A stretch of 62,260 nucleotides of DNA, the filler included. It is 4 parts of 4 records of this genome, joined end to end, with 100 filler letters (N's around TTAATTAATTAA, not from the genome) between each part and the next. Parts side by side here need not be neighbours in the genome. Positions count along the whole stretch, not along the records: positions 56,217 to 62,260 come from DRR723986_6669; 3 more parts are not named here. One strand, written 5' to 3'. The position numbers were made by a program, and so were the translations under genes. Of the stretch, positions 58,154 to 62,260 are shown one piece after another (the stretch's first letter is position 1; each line of letters starts with the position of its first letter). The notes under the pieces were generated by a model. It was not told the DNA's origin and searched no databases. It saw only the letters and a list, made by a program, of their open reading frames with translations.

Positions 58154-59498
58154 GGTGATCATGCCCGCGCTCGGCATGGCCCAGGACAGCGGCCAATTGC
58201 TGGCCTGGCACAAGAAACCGGGAGAGGCAGTGGCCGCTGGCGATGTGCTTTTCGAGGTGGAAACCGACAAGGCCGCCATGGAAGTGGAGGCGCAGAAGGA
58301 AGGCTATCTGACCGACGTCTCCGTGGAAGCAGGCAGCGATGTTCCGGTTGGACAGGTGATCGCGATGATCTCTGAAACCCCGGAAGGGTCCGCTCAGGCA
58401 AACGGGAGCCCATCGCCGGACAACACATCCACTGGGGAACAGTCCGGAGCAAACGGTCGGGAATCCGGGGCAGACGCCGGGGGTGAAGCCCTTCCGGACG
58501 GGCACCAGGTAATCATGCCGACACTCGGCATGGCTCAGGACACGGGCCTTCTGGTTGCCTGGTGCAAACAGCCCGGAGAAGCCGTTGTGGCTGACGACAT
58601 TCTCTTCGAAGTGGAAACAGACAAGAGCACGGTTGAGGTCAATGCCGGCCGCGACGGTTTCGTGGCCGCGATTCTGGCAGAAGCGGGAGAGGAAGTGCCT
58701 GTCGGCCAGACGATCGCGGTGATTTCGGCGCAAAAACCGGACAAGGCAGTGTCGCGCAAGGCGGCTGGAGCACGAACCTCTGCAGCCGGTGAAACAGCGC
58801 CGGAGCAGCAGGAAAAGACGGAACCTGCCGACACGCCTGCACCTTCTCCTGAAAAACGAGTGGCGGCCAAGACAGCGCCCGGGGTGGCCGGGAGAGTTCT
58901 TGCGTCCCCCAAGGCACGGCGGCTTGCGCAGGAACAAGGGCTGGACCTGCAGCGTCTGGCCGGTGCCGGCCACCCCCAGCCGTTTCACGTCAAGGATCTG
59001 GAGACCCTCAGGACCCTGCGCGCGGAAACGCCGGCGGCAAGTGCCACGGCGCAGCGCTTCGAACTCAGGGCAGAGGTATCGGGTACCGGATTTGCAGACT
59101 TCGTGGCCTGGGCGAAGGACAACGGCGGGCAAGCCGATCAGGCAGCTCTGCTAGCCGGATTTGCGGCTGCCAGTTTCGGGAACTTTCCCGCCAAAGTCCG
59201 CGTTGAGAATATGTGGCAGTCGCAAGCCTACTCCGCTGCTTCGCTCTGGCTTGGTCAGGTCAAACCGGCGGACGATGATCAAGAAGTGGATCTGCTGGTG
59301 CGTGACCTGAGAGCAAGCCGCATCTCGGCGCTTCAGCTTGATGCAGGCAAATGCCCTGTCATCAGCATCCTGCGCCAGGGGGAGGATCTCGCTCTGGTGC
59401 TGGAATGGACCGGTGACCGAGTGACCACGCCTCAGGCGATTGACCTGCTTTCCAATTTCGCGGGTCGGATGGAGCAACCGCTCCGCCACCTGCTTTGA
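58143..59498 (+). CDS. E2-like protein: two lipoyl domains + peripheral-subunit-binding domain + degenerate catalytic remnant
   Basis: VETDKA, VETDKS, ASPKARRLA; no DHR motif. Confidence 0.85.
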   Translation: MPHEVIMPALGMAQDSGQLLAWHKKPGEAVAAGDVLFEVETDKAAMEVEAQKEGYLTDVSVEAGSDVPVGQVIAMISETPEGSAQANGSPSPDNTSTGEQSGANGRESGADAGGEALPDGHQVIMPTLGMAQDTGLLVAWCKQPGEAVVADDILFEVETDKSTVEVNAGRDGFVAAILAEAGEEVPVGQTIAVISAQKPDKAVSRKAAGARTSAAGETAPEQQEKTEPADTPAPSPEKRVAAKTAPGVAGRVLASPKARRLAQEQGLDLQRLAGAGHPQPFHVKDLETLRTLRAETPAASATAQRFELRAEVSGTGFADFVAWAKDNGGQADQAALLAGFAAASFGNFPAKVRVENMWQSQAYSAASLWLGQVKPADDDQEVDLLVRDLRASRISALQLDAGKCPVISILRQGEDLALVLEWTGDRVTTPQAIDLLSNFAGRMEQPLRHLL

Positions 59499-59514
59499 AC
59501 CGATGGGGACCATT

Positions 59515-60945
59515 ATGGACCATACCGATCTTTACATTAACGGCGCCTGGTGCGCGGGAGCGAGCGGCGAAAGGTTCGACGTTCTGAACCCGGCAACCGA
59601 AGAGGTGCTTGCCTCCGTCGCCTCCGCAGATATCAAGGACGCGGATGCCGCGCTGGATGCCGCGCAAGCCGCGATGGCAAAATGGGCCGCCAAAACGCCG
59701 CGCGAACGTTCGGAAGTGTTGCGCAAGGCGTGGGAATTGATGACGGCGCGGCTGGAAGACTTTGCCCGCATGATCACGCTGGAAAACGGCAAGGCGCGCA
59801 GCGATGCCATGGGCGAGGCGACCTATGCCGCCGAATTCTTCCGCTGGTTTGCCGAAGAAGCCGTACGCGCCGACGGCATCATCACCCATGCGCCTGCCTC
59901 TGGCGCGCGCATCATCGTGCAGCACAAGCCTGCCGGCCTTGCGGTTCTTGTCACGCCCTGGAACTATCCGGCGGCGATGGGCACCCGCAAGATCGCGCCG
60001 GCTCTGGCCGCTGGCTGCGGGGTGATCATCAAACCGGCCTCCGAAACGCCGCTGACCATGCTGGCGCTCATGCCCCTCCTGGAAGAAGCCGGCGTTCCGG
60101 CTGGCCTTGTCAATGTGCTGCCTTCCAAGCGCACCGGCGCGCTTGTCGACCACATGCTGCATGACCCGCGCGTGCGCGTCGTTTCCTTCACTGGTTCCAC
60201 GGCGGTTGGCCGCAAGTTGCTGCATTCTGCGGCTGATCAGGTCCTCAAACCGGCGATGGAACTTGGCGGCAACGCGCCGCTGATCGTCTTTGACGATGCC
60301 GACCTCGAAGAAGCAGTGCAGGGCACAATGCTGGCCAAGATGCGCAATCTCGGTGAAGCCTGCACGGCGGCCAATCGGATCTATGTACACGAAGCCGTTG
60401 CCGACGACTTTACCCGCCGACTTGTCGAGGCCATGAAAAAACTGAAGGTCGGTGACGGATCTGACCCGGACGTGGACGTCGGCCCGCTGGTCAATGCGGA
60501 AACCCGCGACAAGGTTGCGGATTTCGTTCGTGATGCCGTTGAGAAGGGGGCGAAGATCGAAGTCGGTGGCGACCTGCCGGGCGGAAAGGGCTTTTTCTAT
60601 CCGCCCACGGTTCTCTCGGGTGTGCCCGAGACGGCCGACTGCGTGCACGACGAAATCTTCGGGCCCGTCGCCGCCCTCCAGACCTTCACCGATCAGGACG
60701 ACGTGATCCGCAGGGCCAACGACACGGAATATGGTCTGGTTGCCTATGTCTTCACGAAGGACATGAAACGCGGCCTGCAGGTCTGCGAGAAGCTGGACTA
60801 CGGCATGGTCGGCTTCAACCGCGGCCTCGTCTCCGATCCGGCGGCTCCCTTCGGCGGCACCAAGCAGTCCGGCCTCGGCCGTGAAGGCGGCCACGAAGGC
60901 ATGCTGGAGTTCATGGAAACCCAGTATATTTCGGCAAGCTGGTAG
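59515..60945 (+). CDS. NAD(P)-dependent aldehyde dehydrogenase (SSADH family)
   Basis: PWNYP, FTGST, MELGGNAP, GEACTA, EIFGP. Confidence 0.92.
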   Translation: MDHTDLYINGAWCAGASGERFDVLNPATEEVLASVASADIKDADAALDAAQAAMAKWAAKTPRERSEVLRKAWELMTARLEDFARMITLENGKARSDAMGEATYAAEFFRWFAEEAVRADGIITHAPASGARIIVQHKPAGLAVLVTPWNYPAAMGTRKIAPALAAGCGVIIKPASETPLTMLALMPLLEEAGVPAGLVNVLPSKRTGALVDHMLHDPRVRVVSFTGSTAVGRKLLHSAADQVLKPAMELGGNAPLIVFDDADLEEAVQGTMLAKMRNLGEACTAANRIYVHEAVADDFTRRLVEAMKKLKVGDGSDPDVDVGPLVNAETRDKVADFVRDAVEKGAKIEVGGDLPGGKGFFYPPTVLSGVPETADCVHDEIFGPVAALQTFTDQDDVIRRANDTEYGLVAYVFTKDMKRGLQVCEKLDYGMVGFNRGLVSDPAAPFGGTKQSGLGREGGHEGMLEFMETQYISASW

Positions 60946-60954
60946 GAGGTGGAG

Positions 60955-61860
60955 ATGTCCGACGTGATCGCACCGCCTTCGGTCAGGGCGCTGGCCCGGC
61001 AGAAGGGCATAGACATAGAGAAACTCGCGCGCGACATCGGACGCACGTCCATCGCCCGCGAGGATGTGGAAGGCGAGGGCGGCACCGCGGTGCCGCCCTC
61101 CGCCGGGGTGTCTCCCGCGCAATCGGGCGACAGTTCCTACTGGGACGTCGACCACGCACTCTATGGCCCGGTCACGGAAGAGCCCGTCTCAAGGTTTGCG
61201 CAGGTCGCCGCGCAGAACATGACCGCCGCCCAGAGGCTCATTCCCGCCGTCACCCATCACGACCGCGCGGAAATGACCGCCATCGAAGCCCTGCGCAAGG
61301 AATTGCGGACGGAAGCAGGCGAGCGCGGTGTGAAGCTGACGGCGCTGGCCTTCCATGCCAAGGCACTGTCGAAGGCCTTGCGGGAGTTCCCGAAGTTCAA
61401 CGCCTCTCTCAGTCCGGACGGCAAGACTCTGTTCCTGAAGGACTACGTGCACCTTGGCATCGCGGTCGACACCGCCCACGGCCTGATGGTGCCCGTTATC
61501 CGGGACGTTGATCGCAAAGGCCTCTGGCAGATCGCGGCGGAAATCGTCGACCTTGCCTCCAGAGCCCAGGAGCGCAAGGTGCGCCCTGATGAAATGGGCG
61601 GTGCGTCCATGACCATCACCAACCTCGGCGGGATCGGCGGCACCGCCTTCACACCCATCGTCAACCCACCCGAAGTCGCCATTCTCGGCATCACTCGCAC
61701 CGAAGTGGCCCCCGTCTGGGACGGGGAGGTTTTCCAACCCGTCCAGATGGTGCCCCTCGATCTCAGCTACGACCACAGGGTCATCAACGGCGCCGACGCC
61801 GCGCGCTTCCTGAGCTATTATGCAGGTCTTTTGAAAGATCCTCGGCGGATGTTGATCTGA
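60955..61860 (+). CDS. E2 acyltransferase catalytic subunit lacking a lipoyl domain
   Basis: APPSVRALAR binding domain; TITNLGG, FTPIVNPPE, SYDHRVINGA. Confidence 0.9.
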   Translation: MSDVIAPPSVRALARQKGIDIEKLARDIGRTSIAREDVEGEGGTAVPPSAGVSPAQSGDSSYWDVDHALYGPVTEEPVSRFAQVAAQNMTAAQRLIPAVTHHDRAEMTAIEALRKELRTEAGERGVKLTALAFHAKALSKALREFPKFNASLSPDGKTLFLKDYVHLGIAVDTAHGLMVPVIRDVDRKGLWQIAAEIVDLASRAQERKVRPDEMGGASMTITNLGGIGGTAFTPIVNPPEVAILGITRTEVAPVWDGEVFQPVQMVPLDLSYDHRVINGADAARFLSYYAGLLKDPRRMLI

Positions 61861-62127
61861 CGGGCTGTCTGCTGGATTTACCTCACTGCAAGATTGAGGT
61901 TCCCGGAATGTGTGTAGCTGCCTGGGAGCTTGTGGACGCTATGCGGTCCTTGAAAAACCTGAGGAATAGCCGGAACGACGTTATCTCTGTTCTCCACGAA
62001 GTTACCGAAATCGCGTTTCCGACTGTCCAGCTGCGCTTCGAACAGGATTGGAGCCTTGTCCCGCGTGTGCCTCTCCGGGGGTGGTGAATGAGCCGCTTGA
62101 ACAGCGGACAACCTCTTCAGCACCAGC

Positions 62128-62260
62128 TCAAGGGCAGGGACTGATACCGAACGACAGCAGGAAACGGTCGATCGCTCTTGATATGGCCTCGGACGGATCG
62201 TCCGGGCAGGGGGTTCGGTAGATGTGCTGTCGGATGCCGATGTAGACGATGCCGCCGTGC
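62128..62260 (-). CDS. C-terminal fragment, possibly a TetR-family regulator
   Basis: Manual translation HGGIVYIGIRQHIYRTPCPDDPSEAISRAIDRFLLSFG...stop. Confidence 0.45.
   Translation of the reverse strand, partial: HGGIVYIGIRQHIYRTPCPDDPSEAISRAIDRFLLSFGISPCP

Noticed and set aside
61878-62123. 81-aa minus-strand ORF
   Set aside because: No motif; another frame (62128-62260) looks more like the real gene end.

Overview
This window is four contigs joined by artificial 100-nt N/TTAATTAATTAA linkers (16959-17058, 40679-40778, 56117-56216). Adjacency across the linkers is not biological. Contig 1 (1-16958) is ordinary alphaproteobacterial core genome: sdaA, tsaE-amgK-murU-addB-addA-trxA, a ferredoxin/reductase pair, a degenerate TIR protein and the start of ychF. 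Contig 2 (17059-40678) is a high-GC defence island ending at the 3' end of a tRNA-Gln. Its leftward operon carries a Type III-like Res and a Mod gene. The segment of mod between motif IV (DPPY) and motif I (D-x-TCGSG) is replaced by a lower-GC HNH nuclease gene, and both Mod halves remain as coupled ORFs. A small HTH gene, a RelE-like/UvrD helicase, an SF1 helicase-DUF559 nuclease and a coiled-coil gene follow. Its rightward operon is Druantia type III (druH-druE) plus a DriD-like WYL regulator, and three related GRC-N7-GYC boxes suggest one regulator controls both arms. Contig 3 (40779-56116, visibly lower GC, planctomycete-like) is a plasmid/integrative replicon. It carries rep, iterons with a DnaA box, parAB with parS-like palindromes, an AbiEi/AbiEii TA pair with its operator, a nuclease-STAND-HEAT protein and an uncharacterised four-gene cluster. 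Contig 4 (56217-62260) is a TPP-dependent (acetoin-type) dehydrogenase cluster with a split E2 and an interposed aldehyde dehydrogenase. Family assignments come from motif recognition by eye; no searches were run.
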